64,000 bases of DNA, from contig JAQFVV010000001.1 of NCBI GenBank assembly GCA_028023455.1, positions 6,324,001 to 6,388,000 on the forward strand, in the 5' to 3' direction. Both the position numbers and the translations under genes were made by a program. Of the stretch, positions 51,601 through 64,000 are shown in pieces (within the stretch, counting starts at the first letter, position 1; the number at the start of each line of letters is the position of its first letter). Below the pieces are notes generated by a model that ran no database searches, was not told the DNA's origin, and saw only the letters and a program-made list of their open reading frames with translations. Source of the stretch: Epiperipatus broadwayi. Lineage: Eukaryota; Animalia; Onychophora.

Positions 51601-54174
51601 TTAAGTTAATTGATAAATTTATTGTACATTTAATTAGATCATATGTGTATATATCGATTGTTTACGATCTATTCATTATTATTTTTTATTATATAATTGA
51701 TATTTATTAATTACTAAATTTAAATTTAAATTAAATCAAATAAGCTTTTTTAATTATTATTCAGAAGTGGCAATAAGAATTTATTGCTTTATAACATTGG
51801 AGAAAGACAAGATAACTGTCTACATCATAATATTTATTTGAAACAATTATATCATATGATCTAGAAATCAAATCCCAGGATTATTAGATATGCATGGACA
51901 TATTTTTTATTGAATTCTATCATTATCTGACTAGAGATAAACTTTACATGTTAATCATGATTAAATATTTGTGTCTTTATATAAATTATTATTGTAGATA
52001 ATTACCTTATTAAGTTCATGGTTGATCATTAAGATCTTAATCTTATTCAGTTATAAGTCTGATTGTAGTATATTTTGTTCAGTCATAAATCAGAATGATT
52101 TGGCTTAATATATTTAAGTAATTGAGGTGGATCGCCAATCCAATTAACTACTAAATTTTAATATTTTTATTTAATTATAATAAATATTAATAATGTTTTA
52201 TATGTTATAATTGTTATAATATAGAGTTTTGATAATTTAGTTACTGGAAATTTAAAACGAATTGATATGATTAGTTAAATGTACGTAAGTAAATATCAAT
52301 AGCAAATCTGTTTATTTTATATATTTGTAAGATTAGACATTACAGATTCAAGATTATCTAATAGATACATTGAACATTATTGTTCAATATTTTATTTTTA
52401 TTCCAACTAGCTTAATTTGCAAAACTAAAGTCAATATAAAAATATTCCATGACTGAGTTAATATAATTTATTATTTATCATTTTATTATCTTTTATTTTG
52501 TTATAAATAGTGTGATTAGTAATAGTAAATTAATATAAAAATAGAGCATGGATAAGTTAGTATTATTTATTATTTTATTAAACTAAGATTTGAAATTAAT
52601 TGTTGGGTCATATATATATATTATGAATATTGTAAATTTATAAAACATACTAAAGCTGTTATCTTAATCATTCATTAATTATTTTATTTAGATAAGAACA
52701 TTTAAATTTTAATATAATTTTGTATTTCTATAAACAATGTTTAATTAGTTAGATATACTAGAATTTAATTGTTTAATGATTTATTTTATTGATTTCATCC
52801 GATTATAAAAGAAATATATTTAAACATATATCATTGTTTTGACACAATGATATTTGATTAAATTGCTTTGGTTTAATTCAGATTAAGTAAAGATAATATT
52901 TAGAGTATCTGAAGTGATAATCTCCTTTGTTTTCTATTTATTCTAAATGCTATTTGAATCCACGATGCTATAGTAAAGATTGTCATCAATATTTTGTTTT
53001 AGTGTAGTTGACAGTCTGATAAGTGATTAAAAAGGGATTATATTAAATACTGAATAATTAGTTAGTGTTTGGTATTCATTTAATTAAATATATTGTATTC
53101 ATTCTAGTATGAATAATATTGTTTATTCACAGAGTATTATAAAATTAATATTATTTTTATTAGAATTATATTTTATTAAGTTACAAATGACATTTAACTT
53201 CAGGGATCATTTTCATTCTATTGCATAGAGTGATCAACTACTGAGTTATATTTTATTCAGGTTATATTAGAGTTATTATTTCATTGCATATTTTGATCTG
53301 TTACAAATGCTACTTAAATGATTGAGGTTTTAACAGAGTTTAGCATACACATATATTACATTATAAATGACGCAGTAATTGGCAGGGCACTCTATTATGG
53401 TTTTAACATATTTGATTTGTAACAAATGACTTCCAGATCTGTAATGCATCAAAAGAAGACTATATCTTCGTTTTTATCCTGTTACACTTGGCTCTTTAAT
53501 TGTAATGACAATAATAAAAAATATTTCTTCATTATTTTTTTATTATTTTTATGTCAGTTATAAAATGTGGTCTAAAACTTGTAGGGTAACTTTTTATTCC
53601 GTTACAAATGGAACCGCACTTTACAGGGGCTTATTAAATCAGGACCAATTCTTTCATGGATCACATTTTTATTCTGTTACAAATAGAGCATCAAAGACAG
53701 AAATTTGAGTTTCACATATAGATAGAAAAATATGATATTGTATCTTGTATACATTAATAAGGTTTATAAGTGATCGTATTATTGTCGGGTTTTTTATATA
53801 GATTTTGGTTAACGACCAGATATTCTTTTTTCTATAAAAAAAAAAAAAAGAAGTAAATATGGAAACAAATAGTGTTGAAATCTTATCGGAAGGAAGGATG
53901 TTTAGAAAATTGATGGAAAAATAAATAAAAAAATTTGAAATTCAAAGTAGAAAATAGAGAACTAAGAGAAGATGTAAATAAAATTGTTTAATGTTTTAAT
54001 TAATAAGAATGATAATCAAAGTAGGAAAAGTAAAAAAATTATAGAAGAAATGAGGAATCAAAATAAGAAATTTAAAGAACCAAAAATAGAAAATTATAAA
54101 GTGTCAGAACAGTTCTTTTTACAAACAATACCTACGATTGAAAAGTTTGAAAAAGTAGAGATAAATTATTCTGA

Positions 54175-54360
54175 TAAAGGTCTCTCTAAGTTCAATCCAT
54201 CTTCGAGCACATCTCTAGCGTCTCTTCTTCACATTACCCCTACATACTTTCTTATTTCATTCTTCCATTCCACATGAGGTCTCTTTATGTGTTTTTTATA
54301 ATCTCTTGGAATCCAGTTTAAGATTTCAATTCTCCGTCTATCAGTTTTAAATTACTGGTA
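54175..54360 (-). mobile_element. RTE-clade LINE 3' fragment
   Basis: Translates DRRIEILNWIPRDYKKHIKRPHVEWKNEIRKYVGVM*RRDARD, matching the RTE C-terminal pattern W.PR..KR..GRP..RW.D.I.K..G..W.R.A.D. Confidence 0.65.
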
Positions 54361-55174
54361 TTTTTCAAATGAGTTAAACATATAAAATAATTTCATATAT
54401 ATATATAAAGTATCCATTTCTCCATATATCCCTGAAACATATGAACAGAAACAATTAAAATTATTTGTGAAAGACAAATCACTCCCAAAGTGGACATTTC
54501 ATGCTAAACTTGCAGCAGTTTTGGTCAGTTAATCTTTTACACGTCTTCATCATTTGTTCTGTAAATATAAATACAAAATGACAGTTTTATTTAAAATTTT
54601 CAAACTTTCTGCATTCACAACCTAGAAACCAATTCCTTCCTACAAATATATTCATAATTATTACTAATTATTTATTAAATTAGAGATTATCTCTAACCCA
54701 GATATAAATTTTAAAATCAGTTAAAAATAATATTTACGTTTTATCTTTATCTAAAATTCCATGTTTGTATCGACAGTTCCATAACTTTACTACATTACTC
54801 TCACACAAGGGGGGGGGGCTAGTTTTTATTTACTTTTAACATGTGGAAAAATGGACAATCATTGCACTATAAATAAACATTCCTTCATGTTTATTGGTTT
54901 ATATCAATGTACTGCCTCATCTCAACTCCATCATATTATAATCATTCATCATCACAGAAAGTCACATCATCCTGTTCATTATTGCTGCATTTAGAAATAT
55001 TTTCGCTTTTCAAGAGAGGTAAGCAAAAACATGTGGAATAATTTAACTCCACGTGCTTATTAGTCATCATCTATTGAGATATTTCCATCATCTACTATTA
55101 ACTGTCAAATGTCTTTAGAAAAATTCAAGTTTTACTTAAAATTTTCAAATATGTTTAACTGTTAGCAATATGAC

Positions 55175-55335
55175 ACCGCTCAGTTTATAACACAACCTTC
55201 CGAGTGTTAATATTATCCTCCCTTCTTCAAGTGCAGCTATCTGGCCAGTGTCAATACTAGCATAGGAATCAAATGTGAATCTTTAGTTTCGGTTTTATTG
55301 AATTTAATGTGATATTCTAACCAGCTAATCTGTCA
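55175..55335 (-). mobile_element. tRNA-derived SINE with decayed hammerhead tail, copy 2
   Basis: Colinear with 22024-22190 (TAGCTGGTTAGA..., TTTGATTCC-TATGCTAGTA, ACTGGCCAG). Tail GCAC-TTGAAGA-AGGGAG...CTC-GGAAG-GTT-GTGT. Confidence 0.55.
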
Positions 55336-57785
55336 AAGGCAGCAGTCAGTAAAATTCTCCTCATTTCTCCATTTTTTCTAAGGTTCAGTTTCTATAAATT
55401 AATGGTGACCTTAAGTTTTTATATTCTTAGAAACGTTTATTCTTTGGCCAGAAATGAAACATAACTATTAAGATATCACATAACCATTGCTTGCACATTG
55501 CTTTTACAAAATAAACTCTTCTGTTTTCACTACTTTTATGCAATCTAGTGTGTTTAGTAATCAATAGATGCCAGATAGCAATGCTTTATAAATTCTTATG
55601 CAGTACGGACCTATCAATAATATAACATCAGATTAGATTCTAGCTCATTACTTTAATCAGTGAATATACTTGGTTCTTTTTTTAATATAATGCACTTTTT
55701 CTCTAGAAATTCTTGTTTACGTTTTGTTATGCTATCAAGAAACCATTCTAAATTGAAAAATGTATTAATTTTTTAAATTCAAACTTATTTGTTTGCATAG
55801 TTATATGTTAGAGTGATCTTAAATTTTTATAAAACTTTAGGCACTTCTGTTCTTTAATCTTACCTTTTAAAAAAACAGAGAAATCAAAAAATCCCTCATA
55901 TATAAAGATATAAAATTTCTACTGACAGTTCTTTTGACAGAATAACCTAGTAAATTAGAGCATTTTCAATATTCACAAATTTCAGAATCAGCCACAAACA
56001 ATCCAACATATAATTACTACTAAAATGCCATCATCACGCATTTTCTTACAAAAATTTATATATGTATATTTAAATATATTCAAACTTCCAATCCAATACA
56101 CATTTCTGAAAATATAAACAAAGACATATAAAAAAGCAAGTGATTCTCTAGATGCATATTTTATGCGGTACCAACACTCACAATATCCTACAAATGGCTT
56201 CACAAATTCTTTTGACTTTTATGAAGAATGTAATTTAAAGCATCAGCAATTAGAACTCAGGGATTTATCCATGAAGATTAAGCTAGCAGATTAGAGAATT
56301 TAGGACAAATATCATCGAACATATTATTTTAGTTTGTTGTAATGACCACAAACATTGTATATATTTCGTTTATATAATATTGTAGAGTTAAATAAAATAG
56401 CTGTAATTGTTAAAATGTTATATATATTATCAAAGATCGATTTACAATATATTACCTTTATATTATAATTTTATATAAAAATAGTTTGCTTGGTTATTTC
56501 TTTTATTTATTTGAAATTGTCTTTGCATTTATATCTTTTATCATTTATTCAAATTAAACTAGTATTGTTCTTAGACCTATTGGATAGAGAAATAAATCTG
56601 TTGAGAGTTAAAAGATAGTAATTACCAAAGAGTATTTATTAAACTTTCAAAATACAACTACAGTGATTAGACTATATGGTAAATACGTATTATCTAAATT
56701 AAATTCATTGTTGGAAAAAAGATAAAATAATTGGACAATAGAGTAATAAAACCAAAGAAAAACATTCTCATTATTAGAGATAATTAGTCAATCCTATAAA
56801 GACATACATTAGAAAAATAATCCAATCTCTATGAAAATTTTTACAACAGTTTTATAGGAACCATTTTTCCCTTCGACTATTAATTGCTTTCTTGCTCTTT
56901 TCTTTTTTTTTTTTTTACTTTTAACAGGTTCCTTTTCCGTCTCTTTTACTCTTCCATTATTTACTTTTTTAACTTTAAATTATTTTCAAAAACTTTTTTT
57001 ATTGAATAAAAAACTAACTTCTATCAATTTACATACATTTCAATAATAATTATATTTTTGAATACTTCAAAATATTACCAAAATGCATTAAAGAAAGTGG
57101 TTGTGTTGGAAGCATTTACAATTATGACTATTGCTGCTATTGACTTGCTGCTCTCCAAGCTCCTATGGCTGGTGTAAATGAGTTTGTTGTTGGTAAAATC
57201 CAACATATGAAATCCATATTCTATGTTTTCATTTCAACAATTTGCTATTTGGTTCAATAGCAAGGAGTGACACATTTAAAGACTAAATGCTAATAAGAAT
57301 GTAGTGTACAATTTATTTTCAATAGAGTGATCTATTTTGTGGATGAAAATTGGAGGCAAATGTAATAAAATAAGAAAATAATTTAGAACATTTGGTTTTT
57401 CATATAACAATTGTTTTTAAAAAAATGATTCAGAGTTTCAGAAAATATATTAAGGGTGAGCATAAAGTAGGTTTAAAGATAAACGTTAAAAAGTCTAAAG
57501 TGGTATTTAATGTGTTTTCAAAAAAAGAAAAAGAAAATTCAAAATTAATAAATTAGAAATTAATTATTATAGTAAAGCGATTAACATAAATTAAATTCAT
57601 AATAACTGAAATAATAATCATAGAAGTGTAATTATGTCAAAATAGATGTATATACAGTGTCTGAAAAGGAGTGCTTTTAAAAATATCTTCTATCAGTTCA
57701 TGCATATTAATATGAGACAAGATTGCAATGCAAAAAGTGCAGACTATTTAATATTCTTTGTCAAGATTAATAATGAGTTTGTCAA

Positions 57786-57857
57786 GAATTGGTGGCCTAG
57801 TGGTTAGCATAGCTACCTTCCAGGTAGCTGGCCCGGGTTCGCTTCTCGGTCAACGCA
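57786..57857 (+). tRNA. tRNA-Gly(TCC)-like sequence, probably a pseudogene
   Basis: 72 nt colinear with metazoan tRNA-Gly-TCC. Perfect anticodon stem GCTAC/GTAGC, followed by TTTT. Defects: two acceptor-stem mismatches, an altered D stem, and C at position 58. Confidence 0.78.
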
Positions 57858-58403
57858 TTTTACATATGAAAAAAAGATTGATTAATAATGAGGAATCTAG
57901 AACAATCATAAAGAGTAGAAAACAATTAAAAAACTAATTTCACTGGAAAAAATTAAAAAGCTAAGATGAAAATGGATGAACGTGTTGCAAAAAAAGATGT
58001 CAATAAAGAAAAACTGAAATCCAAAATTATGTGTCAATAGATTTTAAAGTGCCTACAAAAGATCACATGCGAGAAAAATGGATAAGGTATGGAAGTTTAT
58101 CGGAGTGAAGAGGAAAAACAAATTATAAGTCAGAAATGCTATGGTAGAATGCAAATCGTTTTGCATTGGCTGGGTAATGAATAAAAAAAATCATTATTTA
58201 ATTAGCATCTGTACATTTCAATTCTTAATGATTAACTGTTTTAACAATTTTAAAGCTATATTTAAATAACAATAAATTCCCAAAATAAAAATATATATCT
58301 GAAGAATAAATGGATATTAGTACAAGAACAAATAAAAATATATTTATTCTTTGTTAAATAGAATTAATTATAATCTAAGAATATTTAAAATTCAAAAACG
58401 TAC

Positions 58404-58541
58404 TAGTAGAAAGAAACTGAAATACTGCTAATGTCATCTGCGGAGATATCTGACTTTTGATGTTTTCTTGACGTTGAGCAAATATTGAAAAATCTTGTTT
58501 ACTTTGAGCTTCTTTACGCAACTGTTTTTTCCTATTATCAG
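58404..58541 (-). CDS. CNNM: CNNM/unextended metal transporter, internal exon (linker after the CBS pair)
   Basis: Not in the ORF track. Acceptor tttttgttaatag|CT, donor ACTA|GTACGT, 138 nt, phase 1/1. Translates (T)DNRKKQLRKEAQSKQDFSIFAQRQENIKSQISPQMTLAVFQFLST, matching the CNNM motif TDN...KQDFS.F...ISPQL.LA..FL.T. Confidence 0.95.
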
Positions 58542-61119
58542 CTATTAACAAAAATTATTTGAATTTTTAATGTCAAATAAAAGCAATACTTTATGATGAT
58601 AGTATTTGTCTGAAAAAAGAAATTCAGACAAAACACATTAATTATAAACAAATATATCCAAATATTTACAATTATAAACAGTCTCATAATAGCAACTTAC
58701 CAGTAGCCGATATTTATTTACCTACGGGTTTGGCAAGTTGAACCCTAGGCATCAAAATCTAAAGAACTCTGCCAAGAGATAAAATATTTACGATACTATT
58801 AAAGGTCTTTTTTACATATACTATCATCTTATAATATAGTCTCTAAACAATCTTTTAATAATTTATTCTTGCATCCAATTCATAATAATAAAATCTTAAG
58901 CTAATAACAGATTTTTATATTGACTTTGGTGTTCTTCCAAGAAAACAGTAAGATAGATAAATTGCAATTACATCTGCAAATAGGACATTGCCATTTTTTT
59001 TCAATAAAGCTTATTTGTAGCGTCTTTAGTATACTCATTTTGGAAATTATTTCTGAAAGACGATTTAATTAACATTTTGCAATATAAACGTCAGTAAGAA
59101 ACAGTTTTTTAAATAAAATTTCAATTATTATGCAAAAAAAAAAAAAAGATTCTTTTTTTTTCACTAAATTGAATTTTATTTTAAGAAAATTCTCCTTCCA
59201 AATAATTGTTAAAGATAAATTTTTATTTTTATTTTCAGATTATAATCTAAATACTAATAAAAGATTTAAAAGGGATGCTAGAAAGTGCAAAAGAAATGAA
59301 CTTGAAACTGATATACTAAATAAATTAAGAATAATTATTGTTTTTACATACATCAGTCAAAGTCAGAAGCAATCAGTAGCTAGCACTGAAACAGATTAAT
59401 TGATACTAACATATGAAAGTCACTGTAAATCTATTGATCCAACTACTGGCATTCAATCAGGAAAAAAATATCATGAAACAAAACAACAAAGTAGTACAAT
59501 GAAAGAGCAATCTGATTATGAAAAAGTAACTATAATACTGATTCACAATGAAAATAGAACTAATTTGAAAGCCATCTATTAAACAGGAAGAGGTTAAAAA
59601 ATAATGTGGATAATCATAATTTTGAATTGCACCTGATAAGGTAGACCAAGTCCAAGGTATTTGAGACTCAGATACAGACTATGTCAAACAGGTTTGAGGA
59701 TAAGTTTTATAACATAAGAAATTATTCTGATAGGGAAAAACTCTTTTCAAGTTCAGAATAGGATACAGTGAGAGTGGCTTGGGTATTCTCCCCTAAAATG
59801 CAAGATTCATTGTCACCCCACCCCCAAACTTTGCATTTTTTATTATAAATCTAGGATCTTAAAGATTTAGTGATTGAAAAAACTCATGGAAATACAGGAG
59901 TAATTATGCCAATCTATTTTACAGGGAAGTTTCAAAGTTAGATGAACAAACAAGAGCAAAACAGCCTTACAAATAATATGTAATAGGAAGAACTATCATT
60001 ATAATAAGAACTTGCAGATCAAGAATTTACTAATTCAGAAAAGATAGTAAACAAATCTCCAAATAATAACTATTATTTCAACTTTGTAACAGTCCAGGTT
60101 TTCCACCAGCAGTGAGAGAGAACACATCTCATTATAGTCAGACCTAGGGTCTTTGGGTAGGATGCCATAAACTACACAAAGAACCAATGATCTTATCTAC
60201 ATCTAATAGGCTATCTCTGGGTTTACATATTAAATTTAGATACAATTTGGGCTAGTTCATCCATACCTCACTTCTCCTTTATGCTCCATTATGCCTCAGT
60301 ATTAAAACTCAGAGAGAAATCTCCCTTTGGCTCTCTTCAGGGATGAATTTACACTAGATAGCAACTATCACATCTCTATAAGATTTCATTTGATTTGAAG
60401 ATCCATCCAAACATACTACTGTGCTATTATATAAGAAAGAAATATGTGTGTATATATATCTGGTTATAAGTTGATGAATGAATATATAAATGATTTTGAT
60501 AAACTAGAGGACATTTATTATAAATCAAGTTAACAATGTCTATCAAGTAACAAAACAAAAAATTTCAAAACTTTTTAACATGATAAAATAATATAATTGT
60601 GTGTGTCAAGGATGTATTTCTACCATATCAACAATTAAATGTGTTCACTATTCCAACCATTACCCATGGTAGAGATACATGACAAAATACTAATTATTTA
60701 CAAAGCAAATAACAATAATAAAAATAAAAAAATTATTAAATCAACCATGAATCTATCTAGCTAATTTATAATATACAAATATATCAGTGGTAACCTCATT
60801 GTTCAATTCCAATTATTGGTGTCCCATCTTCTTTGGAGACCCCCCTATCATCCACACTGGAAGATTAGTCATTTATACTGAAAAATAAATGTAAACAATT
60901 GTTAGTTAACAATAAAAAAATAACACTAACTCTGTCCTGTAGTAAGTGTATGTCTTAATATGAAATAATATCAAAAATTTTATTTTATTACATATCATAC
61001 TGGTGATGAAATGTCAGGTCACTATGGAGGGAAAGCTGACCTAAACTTTATTTAACATAAAAAAATTTTATTTATCTAACTTAATAATTTTCTCCCTTCA
61101 TTTTGTTACTTTCATTTAC

Positions 61120-61300
61120 AATGGACACTTCCACTTGAAGACATGTTTCAGCTCCCAAATATGGAGATAGATAAAACTAGAATTTTACAAATATATCTAA
61201 AAAAAATATATAATGGATCAAAACTTTCTTTAAGTTAACTCAGTTAATGTCCATGAGTTTAGAAATAATGTCATTTATAGATACAGTCTATCTCTTTTTG
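61120..61300 (-). mobile_element. Possible Penelope-like 3' remnant with a half hammerhead
   Basis: Minus strand CTCC atattt GGGAGC-TGAAAC-AT-GTC at ~61170-61140, with the CTGANGA half missing. It is preceded by IYK*HYF*THGH-like residues. Confidence 0.3.
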
Positions 61301-62718
61301 GATCATACTTCTATGGTAGGTCATCCATCACTCACTAGAATTTCTCGACAACATGCTCGAAATGTTGTTTCCATTTTCTGCAGTTGCTTCCCTTCTAGAT
61401 CCATTTAAACATTTAGTGTAGCATATTTAATATTTCTTTAGAAATCATACAAGCAAGTAGATTAGGTCATCATGCTTCTATGGTTGGGACAGTAGCACCC
61501 CAATCCTACGGCAATGTAACCAGAATGCATTGCACAGCAGTTTATAACAGATTTAATTTTTCTTGATTTACTATTTGACATTTAATGGTTTTTATAACAA
61601 ATTATTTCATTATTTTATTTAAATGCTGGCAATATTCTATTTCTTCTTTTATCCATGTTTGAATAATAGCAGAGATTTTATTTTTAAATATCAATTTAAA
61701 ATCAGTTCAGTTCTTTTTTTAAACTGCATGAATTTATCAAACTTTTCTCTCTTTAAACATTGTTTGTAATTGCTTATAGTTTTGTGCTGTGAAAATTATT
61801 GGAGTAATATGGAATATTTGAACAAGTCATACATCTCTTGCACTTGAACATTTGGTCTTAACATGTTGGCTTTAAATAGTTATTGCATCATTTGAACAAT
61901 AACAAAAGAAGATGGAAATGAACTGGGTTTGCTTTTATACCATGCTTAGTTCCCAGTGTTTAGTATAATAGCTTTTCCATTTTTTTTTCCATGGCCATGG
62001 CTGTCAATTTTTGCACATATTATATTGATTGTAGTTAAAAAAATTATATAACAGAATTCTACTTTTATTTTCCACATTTGGTTACCTAGTTATTGGCTTG
62101 ACATTAGGTCAACATTATGTTTACTAAGTCTAAGTCTTAATTCATCACATACAACACATTGATAATTAACTCACTGTTGGTGTATATATATATATATGAA
62201 GGGTTTCTTTAACTGGGTTTTTATTTTTCATTGAATAAGAGAAATTAATTCATTGTGTCATTTGTTTAATTTGGCATTTAACAACACAAATATTTGTCAC
62301 GTATATATATTGAAACAGATATATTGTTTCACGTATATATTTAGAAGACCCCCCCCCAATTAAAAAGACTAATAATATTTTAACTGATTCAGCTTCAAGC
62401 CGCCATATTGAACTTTTTAAAATACTGGCCTGACACACAATTTTCACAATAACTTCAGTTTTAATTATGTTAGAGCAAAAACAATTACATTGCTAGAAAC
62501 TAGAAACATTAAGGAAAACAATAAACATAAAATAAATAGTGATAACTATATAAAAAATAAGGAAAAAAAGAAATTTTCACATCTGAAATACTTATTATTT
62601 TATTGTTTGTTCATAATATGATAAGTAACATTAACTAAAATTGAAAATACATCTTCAGTGATAATTTCTTTGCATTCCTCACAAAACTATCTTTCTAAAC
62701 ATGTATAACATGTCTTAC

Positions 62719-62885
62719 CTGAGATAATCCACAGCTTCACAATCTCCAAAAGAAGTCGGATATGACTTCTTCATTTTTATCTTGTACCCCAAATGTTCTA
62801 AATGTCAAAGGCGTCTATAAAGAAGAAGATTCATCATAATAAAAGATACAAAAGAAATCATCATAGCAATTGGCTTCTTATCTGT
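62719..62885 (-). other. Candidate non-coding or poison exon in the upstream CNNM intron
   Basis: Acceptor tttctaattttag|ACAG and near-perfect donor CTCAG|GTAAGA. 167 nt, stops in all three frames, no CNNM similarity. Confidence 0.35.
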
Positions 62886-62984
62886 CTAAAATTAGAAATT
62901 GTAGGCTACTGTCTATATCACTATGATAAAATGAGTTTCATCTCTTCATTTTATATTTTTTGTGTACATCAGTGATGTTTATAT

Positions 62985-63260
62985 TCTTTATGGACACCAG
63001 TTATGTGTATATTCTTTATGCACACAAGTGATTCTTATATTATTTATGCACAAAAGTGATGATTATATTCTTTATGCACAGAAGTGATGCTATCTTATTA
63101 TATTTATTGTACTACATAGATATAATTTATTTGCATATAGTGTATTTGTTAGCTATTGACTTGAAAATAATGTTATGAAACATATACCAAAATGAAAGCA
63201 TGAATCACGTATATATAATTTATTTGCATACAGATCATTTGTTAGCTATAGACTTGAAAA
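62985..63260. repeat. Short tandem repeats (~28-bp units, then a ~90-bp duplication)
   Basis: atattctttatgcac...gtgat repeated 3-4 times; tataatttatttgcata...ttgttagctat.gacttgaaaa repeated twice. Confidence 0.8.
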
Positions 63261-63779
63261 ACGTAAACAAGAATCGGAATTATAACAAATTACTTATAAA
63301 CCATATTATATTATATACATAAACATAATTAATGATTTTCATAATAAATTATACTTTTTGAAAAACATTATTTTTATAAGTGTAGAACGTTAAAAGTTAC
63401 ATTAGATATTAATTATATACGAACATAAATAACTAACACACACAAATTACAAACTAAAAATAATTAATAAAAAGTATAATTTATATAAAAATATATTATG
63501 CTTTTACTAAAAAAATAATAAAAAAAAATTTTAAATGTTACTTACAAAATTACATTCAACCGCTTCTGTCAGCCATTTTTTAATAGTACCGGAGATATGT
63601 CATCTGTAGCCCCGTAAATTATTTTTGTCCTTTATCGCTCTGTGATAAGTACAAAAATTATTAAAAAAGACAAAAGAATTAAATACTGTGGTTGATTAAA
63701 ACTGCTGCCAAAAATTTAAATTTTAACCGATTTTTTTGAAATAAACATTTTCTGAAAGCTATGTCATATCACATTTATA

Positions 63780-63868
63780 CCTTTTACGTCAGCAAAGAAA
63801 GAAAACAAAACATCATCTGAACGTCACCTGATGCGCGCTCTCAGCGCTCAAAGAGCTGAAAGACTAGT
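63780..63868 (+). mobile_element. Possible Helitron 3' terminus
   Basis: CpG-rich block ending in a hairpin (TCAG-cg-CTC aaa GAG-CTGA), then AAGA-CTAG|T. The 5' end was not identified. Confidence 0.4.
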
Positions 63869-64000
63869 AATATGTTTTTTTTAAAAAAAGACTAATAACA
63901 TTTTAAGGAAAACTAGATATTTTAAAGAAAAAGAAGTAATGAAATTTGACTGGCAATTAAAAATGATAATTTATTAATTCATAACAATTCGGTCATATGA

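Noticed and set aside
57060-57360. pogo/Tigger transposase remnant (THLHQP*ELG)
   Set aside because: There is only one short motif resemblance and no terminal repeats were found.
60300-60345. CTGAAGA with a GAG/CTC stem as a hammerhead
   Set aside because: No GAAA follows the stem.

Overview
AT-rich animal genomic DNA, probably an arthropod (inferred from the CNNM C-terminal motif AARRATFME, which resembles insect unextended). The window holds the 3' part of a minus-strand CNNM/unextended metal-transporter gene. Three coding exons (58404-58541, 45064-45309, 9828-10138) splice in phase 1 into the cyclic-nucleotide-binding-homology domain and tail; the CBS and transmembrane exons lie beyond 64 kb. 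The 13 kb and 35 kb introns are filled with mobile-element debris. This includes three Merlin-type DNA transposons with 8-bp target duplications, a gag-only LTR element with LTRs of at least 2.6 kb, LINE remnants, a tRNA-Gly-like copy, microsatellites and several fold-back repeats. The most unusual signal is a set of Penelope-type minimal hammerhead ribozymes. One is intact at 4796-4838, and two face each other in a 170-bp-arm palindrome just upstream of a CNNM splice acceptor. Decayed hammerheads also form the tail of a two-copy tRNA-derived SINE family. All calls were made by eye; repeat boundaries are approximate unless termini are quoted.
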